NCBI GenBank assembly: GCA_035526805.1
Contig: DATLBQ010000040.1
Span: 1-51,168, forward strand
Source of the DNA: Pyrinomonadaceae bacterium
GTDB taxonomy: Bacteria; Acidobacteriota; Blastocatellia; Pyrinomonadales; Pyrinomonadaceae
Length of the DNA: 51,168 nt
Direction: 5' to 3'
The translations under genes were made by a program, and so were the position numbers. How positions within the stretch are numbered: position 1 is the first letter of the stretch; the number at the start of each line of letters is the position of its first letter. The notes below the pieces were generated by a model. It saw only the letters and a program-made list of their open reading frames with translations. It ran no database searches and was not told where the DNA came from. Positions 18,437-27,547 of this stretch are shown piece by piece.

Positions 18437-20071
18437 TCATTTTCTCTTGAATCGTAGGGCGTCGGCCATTACGTAAAAGATCCAGTTCTGCTCCATCGAT
18501 CCATGGACCAGGTAGGCATTTACTCCGGTCGCAAATATCGCGACGTCTTCCCCGCCGTGCGTCTCACTCTGCAGAGGAATGGTCACCTCCTGAAGGTAGT
18601 CGGGATCAGTGGTGTCGACTTCCGACAGATCCGGACGTCCGCTGGTTATGCCCGCGAAAGTCTGCGGCTCTTCGCAGCACTTCTTAGGACCCGCCGGTTG
18701 GTCGTTCGAAGCCCCAGTGTAACCACGGCCGCTCGTGTAGTGCAGGGTTGTAAGAGGCAAACCCAGGCTGTCTCTTTTGTAGTCCGGTGCCGGCCGGCCG
18801 TTTTCGTCAACTTGCCTGACGAGTCCCAGGATGTTGTTTCCGCGTAGCGGGTAACCCTGCATGGTCAGGGTATGACTGTGATCCGCGGTGACGACGATCA
18901 GGGTTTCATCAAGATTTACTTTTCCCAGGGCGGTGCGGACTGCAGTTGAAAGTTCAATAGTTTCCGTCAAAGCGCGAAACGCATTCCCGTTATGGTGCCC
19001 GTGATCAATGCGTCCGCCTTCTACCATTAAAAAATAACCCTTCTTGTTTTGCGCCAGAATATCAATGGCCCTGGCGGTCATTTCGGAAAGCGAAGGCTCG
19101 CCGGCTTTGTCCTTCGGCCGGTCGTAGTCGAATTGCATATGCGAAGGCTCGAACAGACCCAAAAGATGCTTTGTCTTGCCGATATCAATCGCATCAAACT
19201 GCTGCTTGTTCCAGACGTATACCGAACCATTACTCCTCTGCCGCCACTCCTGAGTGAGGTCTCGCTTATCCAATCGCTCGCCGGCCTGGTCGTCGTATTC
19301 CGGATCGCGCGTTTCTCGAGGTAAGAATTTATTGCGGCCGCCGCCCAGCGCCACCTCCAAACCATCGCCATAGGAAAACTCGATCAACTGGCGGGCGATG
19401 TCTGGAAAGTTTGCCTCATAAGCGTCTTTAGCGCCGTCAAATATATCCTTGTCGGATTCCCAACTGCGTTCAGGAGTGTGAGAGTAGCATGCTGCCGGCG
19501 TCGCGTGGGTCAGGCGCGTAGTGGTGACGAGTCCGGTCGCGAGGCCATTCTCCTCGGCCATCTCGAGCAGCGACTTTGCTTCATTACCTTTTACGCTGTG
19601 GTAATCTTTTCTGCGAACGTTTTGATTGACTGACAAAACTCCTTCGTCAGTTTTGACGCCCGTGACGATTGCAGTGGCAGTCGGCGCCGAATCGGAAACC
19701 TGCTGGTCAATGCTGTAGGTTTTCGAGAGTGCGGTAAAGGGAAACCCTTCAAAGCTGAGCCGATTCTCCTCACCGCTCTCGCCGCGCAATTGGCCTTCCA
19801 GAATCCTGGCAGCCGTAAACGTGGTGACCCCCATGCCGTCGCCAATGAAAAGAATGACATTCTTCGCTTTGCCCTTGCGGATTTTTTCATTTTTCGCGCG
19901 GTCGATCGCCTGCCAACCGTCGCGTCGCCAGGTTTCGGCAGTTTCGTTTCGCTTGACGGGAAATGGCGGCCTAACTTTTTGCCCGTTCTGGCTTCGCGCG
20001 CCGGCACCGGAGTTACGAAAACATGACGTAACAACCAAACTAAACAAAACAAGTAAGCTCAGCTTTTTCAT
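18437..20071 (-). CDS. alkaline phosphatase (PhoA family), secreted
   Basis: 544 aa with a signal peptide. Motifs GDGMG, active-site DSAPTATA, DHGHH, TADHSHT, ETHGGEDV. Confidence 0.9.
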   Translation of the reverse strand: MKKLSLLVLFSLVVTSCFRNSGAGARSQNGQKVRPPFPVKRNETAETWRRDGWQAIDRAKNEKIRKGKAKNVILFIGDGMGVTTFTAARILEGQLRGESGEENRLSFEGFPFTALSKTYSIDQQVSDSAPTATAIVTGVKTDEGVLSVNQNVRRKDYHSVKGNEAKSLLEMAEENGLATGLVTTTRLTHATPAACYSHTPERSWESDKDIFDGAKDAYEANFPDIARQLIEFSYGDGLEVALGGGRNKFLPRETRDPEYDDQAGERLDKRDLTQEWRQRSNGSVYVWNKQQFDAIDIGKTKHLLGLFEPSHMQFDYDRPKDKAGEPSLSEMTARAIDILAQNKKGYFLMVEGGRIDHGHHNGNAFRALTETIELSTAVRTALGKVNLDETLIVVTADHSHTLTMQGYPLRGNNILGLVRQVDENGRPAPDYKRDSLGLPLTTLHYTSGRGYTGASNDQPAGPKKCCEEPQTFAGITSGRPDLSEVDTTDPDYLQEVTIPLQSETHGGEDVAIFATGVNAYLVHGSMEQNWIFYVMADALRFKRK

Positions 20072-20135
20072 GCTTCTATTTTAAGTCCGCTTCTGAAAAT
20101 TAGTATTAAATCCGAGTAGTGACCCGGCTTGAAAA

Positions 20136-20228
20136 TCTCTGTGCGTCCTCTGTCCTCTCTGTGCATGGTTAGTGTTTGTCGAGTAAATTAACCACTGAGA
20201 CACAGAGGACACAAAGGTGGCACAGAGA
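20136..20228. repeat. word hairpin (CTCTGTG/CCTCTGT words)
   Basis: tctctgtgcgtcctctgtcctctctgtgc versus gagacacagaggacacaaaggtggcacagaga. It lies between divergent gene starts. Confidence 0.7.
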
Positions 20229-20309
20229 AAGTCTGCCCGCAACTTTGGCACTGCCGCTTACCCGGGGATATTATTTGCAGGTATCACAGTCTGATTGAGG
20301 AGGAGACTT

Positions 20310-21251
20310 ATGACGCCCACACTCAAACACGCTCTCCCGACATACCGCAGATCGTATTTGCACCGCCTGATTTTTTTCGCACTGGTTCTTCTATTGGCCT
20401 TGGCAATAACGCCTTCGCGGCGCCTTGAAGTCGGTTTCGCCAGGGACGATAAGAACGTAACCGCCGAGTCGCACTTTACAACGCTCGACGGCGCGCGCAT
20501 CCATTATGTGAACTACGGCAAGGGCAGCGAGGCACTGGTCCTGATTCATGGGTGGTCGATGAACGTGGATAACTGGCGCGACCAGATGCCGGCGTTTGCC
20601 AAGCGCAATCGCGTGATCGCAATTGATCTTCCCGGCCACGGTCAGAGCGACAAACCACAAACTACCTACAGCATGGATCTCTTTGCCCGAGCGGTCGATG
20701 CCGTGATGCGCGATGCCAAGGTGAAGCGCGCGGTGCTGGTGGGCCATAGCATGGGAACGCCGGTAGCCAGGCAATTCTATCGGAAGTATCCGGAAAAGAC
20801 ACTCGCCATTATCATTGTTGACGGCGTGCTACGGCCCCTCGGCGACAAGGCAATGATGGAACCCATGCTGGCCGCCTTCCGCGGACCAAACTACAAGGAC
20901 TCTGTGACCCAGATGCTGGCCAGAATGTTTGGTCCTGGTCTTTCTGTCGAAGCGCAAGAACGCATTAAGACTTCGACCCTAAATACGCCGCAATACGTTT
21001 TAGTAAGCGCTATGGAAGGAATGATCGAACCTTCGATTTGGGTGGAGGACAAAATCAATGTGCCGGTGCTGGCAATCATGGCGAAGAATCCGTTGTTCCC
21101 CCCGAACATTGAAGAGGCCGCTCGCGGCACTGCGCCAAACCTGGAGTTTCACATGTGGGATGGCGTGGGCCATTTTGTAATGATGGAGAAGCCGAAGGAG
21201 TTTAACGAAGGGGTGTTGGCCTTTTTGGATAAGAATAAGTTGCTGAAATGA
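20310..21251 (+). CDS. alpha/beta hydrolase fold protein with N-terminal membrane anchor or signal
   Basis: Start set at the ATG 7 nt after GAGGAGG. Motifs HGWSMN, nucleophile GHSMG, catalytic His in GVGHFVMMEKP. Confidence 0.85.
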   Translation: MTPTLKHALPTYRRSYLHRLIFFALVLLLALAITPSRRLEVGFARDDKNVTAESHFTTLDGARIHYVNYGKGSEALVLIHGWSMNVDNWRDQMPAFAKRNRVIAIDLPGHGQSDKPQTTYSMDLFARAVDAVMRDAKVKRAVLVGHSMGTPVARQFYRKYPEKTLAIIIVDGVLRPLGDKAMMEPMLAAFRGPNYKDSVTQMLARMFGPGLSVEAQERIKTSTLNTPQYVLVSAMEGMIEPSIWVEDKINVPVLAIMAKNPLFPPNIEEAARGTAPNLEFHMWDGVGHFVMMEKPKEFNEGVLAFLDKNKLLK

Positions 21252-21346
21252 ATTGCATTGGTAGCAGTCACAATTTGAGGTCGAAACGAAGGTCTGTAGG
21301 AGCAGCTTTGCACCAAATATAAAATAAACGAGTCGGACCGGCCGAT

Positions 21347-21472
21347 CAGACCCGGGAGCGGTAGCAACTGGCCAGAAGTTCAACTTTCGGAAATTCAGCA
21401 AATATTCGATGTTTGCTGCCTGACCTCCTATAGTGCCTCTGTGGCCGGTCCTACAGCTCCCGGCTCTGATAC
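21347..21472. repeat. family A element
   Basis: Arms cagacccgggagcggtagcaactggccagaag and ctctgtggccggtcctacagctcccggctctgatac. Confidence 0.7.
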
Positions 21473-21559
21473 AGGTGGGGCCTTTGCGCAAAGCCTGTAG
21501 GAGCCGAATGTTTTCAGCCAGGGACACAAAGTCACTACTCAGAGAATTTTCGATCAGAT

Positions 21560-22327
21560 CTATTCAGGCATCCTCCCAGTTGAGAGGAATCGCCAACGCT
21601 TCGCCTTGCGACAACTCGCCGCATAGTTTTCCATTCGCAGCCTGGGCATCTTGCCATGCACAACATTGGAAAAAGAGAGAACTGAAGCCTTTGAGGAACT
21701 GCCTCGCATTAACGAGGCACAAGAGTCTTCCGTGACGGTGCCAAAGTCTTCAATAATCCGTACCCGTCCGTTTTGAAACTCGAGCAGCGCTGCCATCTCG
21801 ATGAGCGTGCCCTGATTCATGTCCCCGCTAGCCATTAACAACTCGTTCACGCCGTCGCTGTTGAGGTCCGTCATGCGCAGAATACTACTCTTGAAATCGA
21901 CGTCGACATCGGCAATGAGTCGTTGGCCAGAGAATATTCCGACTCGCTTGGTTCCGAAGTTCTCCGCGTGCGAAGCGTTACATTCGTTTACGGAAATCAC
22001 ATAGGCTGTCTCCGACTTGCCCGGACCGGTAAAACTTCCTGACGCCAGATCTAAGATCGCCGGAACTATTTGGCCGGCGTTACGCGCTGCCTGCAATGAG
22101 TCGGTGCTGCTGCACTTATTATCGTCAGTAAGATATTCCCTAAACATCTTTGACAACACGGTCCGCTGAGTTGCTAACGGAATTCTATGAGGGGCGTTTC
22201 TTCGCTCGGCTCTAAAATCGAAGAGTATCTGGCGCGCTTCCCCCGGCGCTCGCGCCGGTTCTTTTTGCGCCACGAGCGCGGTAGAGGTAACAGCAAGCAG
22301 CAGAAAAATGAAAGGAATTGTTCTTAT
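21560..22327 (-). CDS. hypothetical secreted protein whose 5' end requires a non-canonical start
   Basis: The ORF is open from the TGA at 22341-22339. A GGAG SD sequence is followed 5 nt later by ATA (22327) and then a signal-peptide-like stretch RTIPFIFLLLAVTSTALVAQ. The first canonical start (GTG 22273) lies after that hydrophobic core. Confidence 0.55.
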   Translation of the reverse strand: MRTIPFIFLLLAVTSTALVAQKEPARAPGEARQILFDFRAERRNAPHRIPLATQRTVLSKMFREYLTDDNKCSSTDSLQAARNAGQIVPAILDLASGSFTGPGKSETAYVISVNECNASHAENFGTKRVGIFSGQRLIADVDVDFKSSILRMTDLNSDGVNELLMASGDMNQGTLIEMAALLEFQNGRVRIIEDFGTVTEDSCASLMRGSSSKASVLSFSNVVHGKMPRLRMENYAASCRKAKRWRFLSTGRMPE

Positions 22328-22513
22328 TGGGGCTCCAGTTCAGGCGTCGTCTGAAATTGCCGGGATTGTGAACCTCTCGGCAATCAAAGACAAGCAGTAG
22401 GATCCGCACAGCTTGGCCTAAAAAGCCGTGATCAATGTCCGGTTCGTTTCATTTGCGGCCTCGTTGAATTAGAATCGCGCGTAGTCTTGTAAGCTCTCGT
22501 CAGGAGTGTCGTT

Positions 22514-24019
22514 GTGCCAAACAAAACTTTTCATATGTTAATAACTCTACTTCTATTCGCTAGTGCAATCGCCCTGGGACTATCGACAACGGCGATCGCG
22601 GAAGACTGGCCGCAGTTTCGCGGACCAAACGGAAGCGGCGTTTCCACGTCTACTGGTCTCCCGATCGAGTTCGGGCCGGATAAGAACGTAATGTGGAAGA
22701 CAGTACTTCCTCCCGGCCATTCGTCTCCCGTGCTGACACGGGACCGCATCTTCGTCACCGCGCATACCGAGATTACAAAGAAGGACAAGGAAAACCACAA
22801 GCTCCTGGTTATTGGGCTCGATCGCCAAAGCGGGAAGCTGCTTTGGCAACGCGAAGTGCCGCGTTCGCACACCGGCCGCCTGCAGCTCGTCAATGGGCCT
22901 GCGTCGCCGAGCCCTGTTACTGACGGCGCGAATGTATACGTCTTCTTTCAGGAGTTCGGGATTGTTTCGTACGATCGCGACGGCAAAGAACGGTGGCGTC
23001 TGCCGATCGGACCATTCAACATGTTCTACGGGTTCGGTGCATCTCCGATCCTGGTCGACGACAAAATAATTCTCCCGGTCGATCAAGACAGCCCCAGTTC
23101 ATACCTGATAGCAGTCGACAAAAACAGTGGCCGCGTGCGCTGGAAGGTTGACCGACCGGTAGTTATTTCCGGCTACTCGACGCCGATTGTTTATCAACCA
23201 AAGAAGGGCACGAAGCAGATTGTTATTCCCGAATCCTTCCAGCTCTCGGCCTATTCGGTGGCCGACGGCAAAAGAGTCTGGTGGGTTCGCGGCCTGGCAT
23301 GTGAGATGAAATCGATTGCCAGCAACGATGGTGAGTACCTTTACATCAACGGTTGGGGCTTCCCGACGAATCAACCTGGCGCGCAGGTTTCTACTATTTC
23401 GTTCGAAGACGCATGGACAAGGTATGACAAAAATGGCGACAAGCTGATCGCGAAGTCGGAGGTAGCCGGCGCGGAACAAATGGACAAGATGTTGAATTCA
23501 GCATTCGAGGCCTTTGATATGGATCGCGATGAGAAGCTGAACGCAAAAGACTGGGATGTTTTCCGCGCGATGATGGCTTCAGAGAATGGGCTGCTGGCGA
23601 TCAAGTTGGGAGGCAAGGGTGATCAAACCTCGACCGCAATCCGTTGGCGTTATTCCAAACCGGTGCCACAGGTTCCTTCCACTCTTCTCTACCAGGGCGT
23701 GCTTTACATGATCAACGATAGCGGAATTCTGATCTCATTTAATCCGTCAACCGGCAAGGTGCTCAAGCAAGGGCGCCTGCATGGCGCGATCGACAAGTAT
23801 TTTTCTTCGCCGGTCGCCGCCGACGATAAGGTGTTTCTAATTGGCGAGGGAGGTCAGGTTTCGGTGTTGAAGGCCGGCGGCGAGTGGGAGGTGCTCAAGG
23901 TAAATGAGCTGGATGATGAGGTCTTCGCAACTCCGGCAATAGCTGATGGCCGGATCTACATTCGGACCAGGAGCGCGTTATATGCGTTCGGAAATGCAGC
24001 TTTACAAAAGAGCGATTAG
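22514..24019 (+). CDS. PQQ-like beta-propeller repeat protein with an embedded EF-hand pair
   Basis: 501 aa with a signal peptide. Motif AEDWPQFRGPNGSG and repeated propeller blades. Two canonical 12-residue Ca loops, DKNGDKLIAKSE and DMDRDEKLNAKD. Confidence 0.8.
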   Translation: MPNKTFHMLITLLLFASAIALGLSTTAIAEDWPQFRGPNGSGVSTSTGLPIEFGPDKNVMWKTVLPPGHSSPVLTRDRIFVTAHTEITKKDKENHKLLVIGLDRQSGKLLWQREVPRSHTGRLQLVNGPASPSPVTDGANVYVFFQEFGIVSYDRDGKERWRLPIGPFNMFYGFGASPILVDDKIILPVDQDSPSSYLIAVDKNSGRVRWKVDRPVVISGYSTPIVYQPKKGTKQIVIPESFQLSAYSVADGKRVWWVRGLACEMKSIASNDGEYLYINGWGFPTNQPGAQVSTISFEDAWTRYDKNGDKLIAKSEVAGAEQMDKMLNSAFEAFDMDRDEKLNAKDWDVFRAMMASENGLLAIKLGGKGDQTSTAIRWRYSKPVPQVPSTLLYQGVLYMINDSGILISFNPSTGKVLKQGRLHGAIDKYFSSPVAADDKVFLIGEGGQVSVLKAGGEWEVLKVNELDDEVFATPAIADGRIYIRTRSALYAFGNAALQKSD

Positions 24020-24078
24020 CCGCGAATTAACTCGGATAGACAAGGATCAGAAGGAGTCCGGAAAGATTCAACCTCTTA

Positions 24079-24113
24079 ACTGGGACCGCGGGCGTCCCGC
24101 CCGCGCTCCCAGT
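24079..24113. repeat. family B minimal hairpin (the two terminal repeats abutted)
   Basis: ACTGGGACCGCGGGCGtcCCGCCCGCGCTCCCAGT between convergent stops. It may act as a bidirectional terminator stem. Confidence 0.7.
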
Positions 24114-24139
24114 GAATACTTGATCGGTATCACGACAGA

Positions 24140-25429
24140 TTAAGGCTGATGGGCAGGTGCTTGGTGCGCCAAGTTCTTGTAAACCACGCCTCCCTTCATC
24201 ACAAACACAACCCGCCGAACTGCTGTAATGTCTTTCAATGGATCACCATCAAGAGCGATTAAGTCTGCCTCCAAACCCGGTGCGACCGATCCGATCTGGT
24301 TGGCCATCCCGAGTGCTTCCGCCGCTAATGAGTTAGCAGAGACCATCGCTGCCAATGGATCCATGCCGCAGTCGCGGACACGCTCGATGAACTCTTCGGC
24401 GTTGCGGCCGTGCGATCCCGCCAACGCGTCTGAACCGAAAACGATCTTCAGTCCTGGAATCTTCAACGCCTGCTTCATGAATTCGCGGTACACCGGGATG
24501 ATTTCTCTAATGCCCGCAAAGCCCTCAGCCGGAAAGCCGGGCGTGCCGCTAAACTTTTCCTGGTTTAGTAGATAGTTCTCCATTACCAGACCGGCTTGCG
24601 GATCAAGCCAGGTACCCTTCGCGGCCATCAGTTTCAGATATTCGTCGCTAGCAAGCATGCCATGCTCTATCTCTGTACAGCCGGCGAGGGTCGCGACGCG
24701 AACTGCATCTTTGTAAGCGTGCACAAGCGTGCGCAGACCCTGCTTTTTCGCTTCGTCACAAGCGGCGTTCAGTTGTTCCTGCGAGAGCGTCGGCGCATTT
24801 CGACGAATACTGTTCGCTGCGAAAATCTTGATGACATCCGCGCCTGCTTCTTTCTGCTTTCGTACAAAGCCGCGGATTTCATCCGGCGTGCCCGTCTGCT
24901 CGCCTCTACCAAATAGCGGTTCGACCGCCGTTAATATCCGTGGACCTGGAAGCGTGCCTTTTGCAATCGCGTCACGCAACGGAACATCGTTCGGTGAACC
25001 CACGCTTTGCACGGTTGTAAAGCCCGCCATCAACGTGACCCAGGCGTTGGAAGCCGCTTGATACGCGGCCGCTGGGGTCGCTCCTTCCGCACCGGCATTT
25101 TTGCCGTCCGGGCCGAAGCTCCAGGTGATGTGCACATGTGAATCAATCCAACCCGGCAGCACCGTCAGGCCGCGCAGGTTGTAGTCTACCGGTCCAGCCT
25201 GTGGATCCACGGCAACAATTTTCGAACCCTCGATCACGATGCGAGTGTTGCGAAGCACTCGGCCCTTGCCATCGAACACCCTGCTTGCGGCAATTACGGT
25301 GCGTTTCTGAGCGGGAACACTGCGTTGGAAGTTAGCGGTCGGTTGCTCCGGCGTTTGTGAAAGGCTTTGTTGTGAATAGTGAAAGCTGGCAAGAATACTA
25401 AAACATAAAAAAACTCTCGCTGCCATCAA
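24140..25429 (-). CDS. amidohydrolase family metal-dependent hydrolase, secreted
   Basis: 429 aa with a signal peptide. HxH motif GWIDSHVHI. Later His/Asp ligands (VHAY, EIEHG, GSDA). Confidence 0.85.
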   Translation of the reverse strand: MMAARVFLCFSILASFHYSQQSLSQTPEQPTANFQRSVPAQKRTVIAASRVFDGKGRVLRNTRIVIEGSKIVAVDPQAGPVDYNLRGLTVLPGWIDSHVHITWSFGPDGKNAGAEGATPAAAYQAASNAWVTLMAGFTTVQSVGSPNDVPLRDAIAKGTLPGPRILTAVEPLFGRGEQTGTPDEIRGFVRKQKEAGADVIKIFAANSIRRNAPTLSQEQLNAACDEAKKQGLRTLVHAYKDAVRVATLAGCTEIEHGMLASDEYLKLMAAKGTWLDPQAGLVMENYLLNQEKFSGTPGFPAEGFAGIREIIPVYREFMKQALKIPGLKIVFGSDALAGSHGRNAEEFIERVRDCGMDPLAAMVSANSLAAEALGMANQIGSVAPGLEADLIALDGDPLKDITAVRRVVFVMKGGVVYKNLAHQAPAHQP

Positions 25430-25457
25430 TCGTTCCTCCGTTTGGGATTTTCATATT

Positions 25458-25680
25458 AGCCTGCTGAGCAGGCGACAGCATAAAGACTGGGGTGGAGCGC
25501 TGCGTAACGCCAGGGACCGAGAATTCAATTGACTCAGAGCCCACGGAGTGGGCGACAGTCTTCATATCCTCGGTGACTCTGTCGCCCGCTCCTCGTGCTG
25601 GCATTGTTTTTGGACCATTAGACCTGGGGTTACGCTAACGCTGCACCCCAGTTTTTACGCTATCGCCTGCTCCGCAGGCT
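25458..25680. repeat. nested palindrome (57-nt outer arms plus an inner 15-nt inverted repeat)
   Basis: Outer arm 25458-25514 versus 25623-25680. Inner ggagtgggcgacag (25544-) versus ctgtcgcccgctcc (-25592). Confidence 0.75.
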
Positions 25681-25778
25681 GGGAATCAGTTCGCCGTCCA
25701 ACCGGTGCGTCCCGTACAATCGCGGATTCAAGCTCTGGAAATTGTCAGTCAGTCACAAGCCTGGAAACGTTAACACGA

Positions 25779-26606
25779 ATGATCGTTCATCTGGTCGACG
25801 GCACGTACGAATTGTTTCGTCACTTCTACGGAATTCGGCGCTTTAAGAAAACCGATCCGCCGCTGGGCGCGGTTGCGGGTGTCTTAAACGCTGTTGCAAA
25901 AATGATCGAGGAGGGCGCGACACACATCGGCGTCGCGACTGACCACGTCATTGAATCGTTTCGCAACGGTCTGTGGGCGAACTATAAGACGGGCGCAGGC
26001 ATCGAGCGCGTGTTACGCGCGCAGTTTGAGCCGCTTGAGGAAGCCCTCGGCGCGATGGGCGTAGTTGTTTGGGCTATGGTCGAGCTTGAGGCAGACGATG
26101 CGCTTGCTTCAGCCGCCAACCTTTCGGCCCGGGACGCGCGCGTGGAAAAGGTTTGCATCTGGACCCCTGATAAAGACCTGGCGCAATGCGTGGTCGCAGA
26201 TCGAGTTGTGCAGATAGACGGGAGACGAGGCGTGATTCGCAATGCTGAAGCTGTGCGCGCGAAGTTCGGTGTTGAGCCCCGATATATCGCGGACTATCTG
26301 GCGCTGGTTGGCGACGCTGCCGATGGATATCCGGGCATTGCGGGCTATGGACCCAAGACAGCGGCTTCGCTGATAAACCGCTACGGTCCAATAGAAGAGT
26401 TCCCGACCGACCTGCTCAAGGACAAACGCGAATTGGCATTGCTTTTCAAGAACCTCGCGACCCTGAGAACTGATGCGCCGTTGTTTGACGATGTCGAAGA
26501 ATTTCGCTGGCGTGGCGCGACGCCTAAGTTTAGATCGGTGGCTCAACAGCTGGGCGACGAACGTCTGACGGCGCGCATTGCCAAGCTCAAGAAACAACTT
26601 TCGTAG
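25779..26606 (+). CDS. 5'-3' exonuclease / flap endonuclease (PIN-like N domain + H3TH)
   Basis: Start at MIVHLVDGTYELFRHFYG. H3TH block LVGDAADGYPGIAGYGPKTAASLI. The upstream part of the ORF-track ORF (25548-25778) is encoded by a nested palindrome. Confidence 0.85.
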   Translation: MIVHLVDGTYELFRHFYGIRRFKKTDPPLGAVAGVLNAVAKMIEEGATHIGVATDHVIESFRNGLWANYKTGAGIERVLRAQFEPLEEALGAMGVVVWAMVELEADDALASAANLSARDARVEKVCIWTPDKDLAQCVVADRVVQIDGRRGVIRNAEAVRAKFGVEPRYIADYLALVGDAADGYPGIAGYGPKTAASLINRYGPIEEFPTDLLKDKRELALLFKNLATLRTDAPLFDDVEEFRWRGATPKFRSVAQQLGDERLTARIAKLKKQLS

Positions 26607-26736
26607 CAGGAAACTTGATTCTGCGAAACTTATCCACAGATTACACAGATTACGCAGATTCAAAGGCAGAGCTGCAAATATGAACCTTCTGTCATCCTAA
26701 TTTTTCAACGCCGCCTTTACGTGGCTGGAGGCAAAC

Positions 26737-27390
26737 ATGCTGGTTGGACATCTTGCGGTAGCGTTGACCGCAAAAAAGATTGAGCCGAACATTTCATTGG
26801 GCACATGGACACTGGCCGCGTTCCTCGGCGATCTGGTTGCCTTTCTTCTGCTGATCGCCGGCGTCGAACATTTTGATCCCGTCCCTGGCGCTGAGCTGAA
26901 TCGCACAATCGGAAGAGACATCGTCTATAGCCATAGCCTTCTGATGGATATTGTTTGGGGCGCTGTGTTCGCCGGCGTCTATTTTCTACGACGCCGTAAC
27001 CCGCGCGGCGCGTGGATGCTCTTCGCGGTAGTAATTAGTCATTGGATTCTTGACGTAATTAGTCACCGTCCTGATATGGCGCTCGCACCGGGAGTTCGTC
27101 AAGTCTACGGTTTCGGCCTCTGGAGTTACCTGCCCGCGACCCTGATAGTCGAGGGAGGCTTTTGGTTAGTGGCGCTCGTCCTCTATGCTCGTTCGACGCG
27201 TCCCGCAAAGTTCGCGGGCAGGTACGTGTTTTGGATAGGCGTAGCGCTCATAACGCTCGTGTGGTACGGAAACATCCACGCCGGCATGGATCCAAAGCCA
27301 GTGAAAGCAGCAGTCGGCGGATTAATCCTGTTTTGTTTGATGGTGGCCTGGGCCTATTGGATTAATCGCCTGCGTCTAACGAAAATCTAG
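26737..27390 (+). CDS. integral membrane protein, possibly YdjM/DUF457-like metal-dependent hydrolase
   Basis: 217 aa, 6-7 TM, His-rich loops YSHSLL and SHWILDVISHRPD. GGAGG SD sequence upstream. Confidence 0.6.
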   Translation: MLVGHLAVALTAKKIEPNISLGTWTLAAFLGDLVAFLLLIAGVEHFDPVPGAELNRTIGRDIVYSHSLLMDIVWGAVFAGVYFLRRRNPRGAWMLFAVVISHWILDVISHRPDMALAPGVRQVYGFGLWSYLPATLIVEGGFWLVALVLYARSTRPAKFAGRYVFWIGVALITLVWYGNIHAGMDPKPVKAAVGGLILFCLMVAWAYWINRLRLTKI

Positions 27391-27425
27391 TTTGAGATAA
27401 TAGTTTCACCGTGGGCCGACGAATT

Positions 27426-27453
27426 CAGAACCGGGAGCCGTATCGACCGGGTC
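27426..27453. repeat. family A solo arm
   Basis: cagaaccgggagccgtatcgaccgggtc, with no inverted partner nearby. Confidence 0.6.
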
Positions 27454-27547
27454 TGTCTTCGGCTGGAGATCAGTTAAAAACAAACTTATCAACGGTGAAA
27501 TCCGATCGCTTGCTACTGATCCTATTTAAAACTAAAAAAGTTAACGA

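Noticed and set aside
20246-20260. Sigma-54 promoter candidate TGGCACtgccgCTTA upstream of the 20310 hydrolase gene, as a possible target of the NtrC-type regulator
   Set aside because: The -12 element is TTAC rather than TTGC, with spacing off by one. I found no other TGGCAC-N5-TTGC match outside coding sequence, so the regulator's target is not identifiable in this window.
26109-26663. 184-aa minus-strand ORF, with similar ones at 21000..21527, 27541..27978 and 32383..32976
   Set aside because: Each lies antisense to a CDS with clear family motifs or across repeat elements. None has an SD sequence or a recognisable domain.
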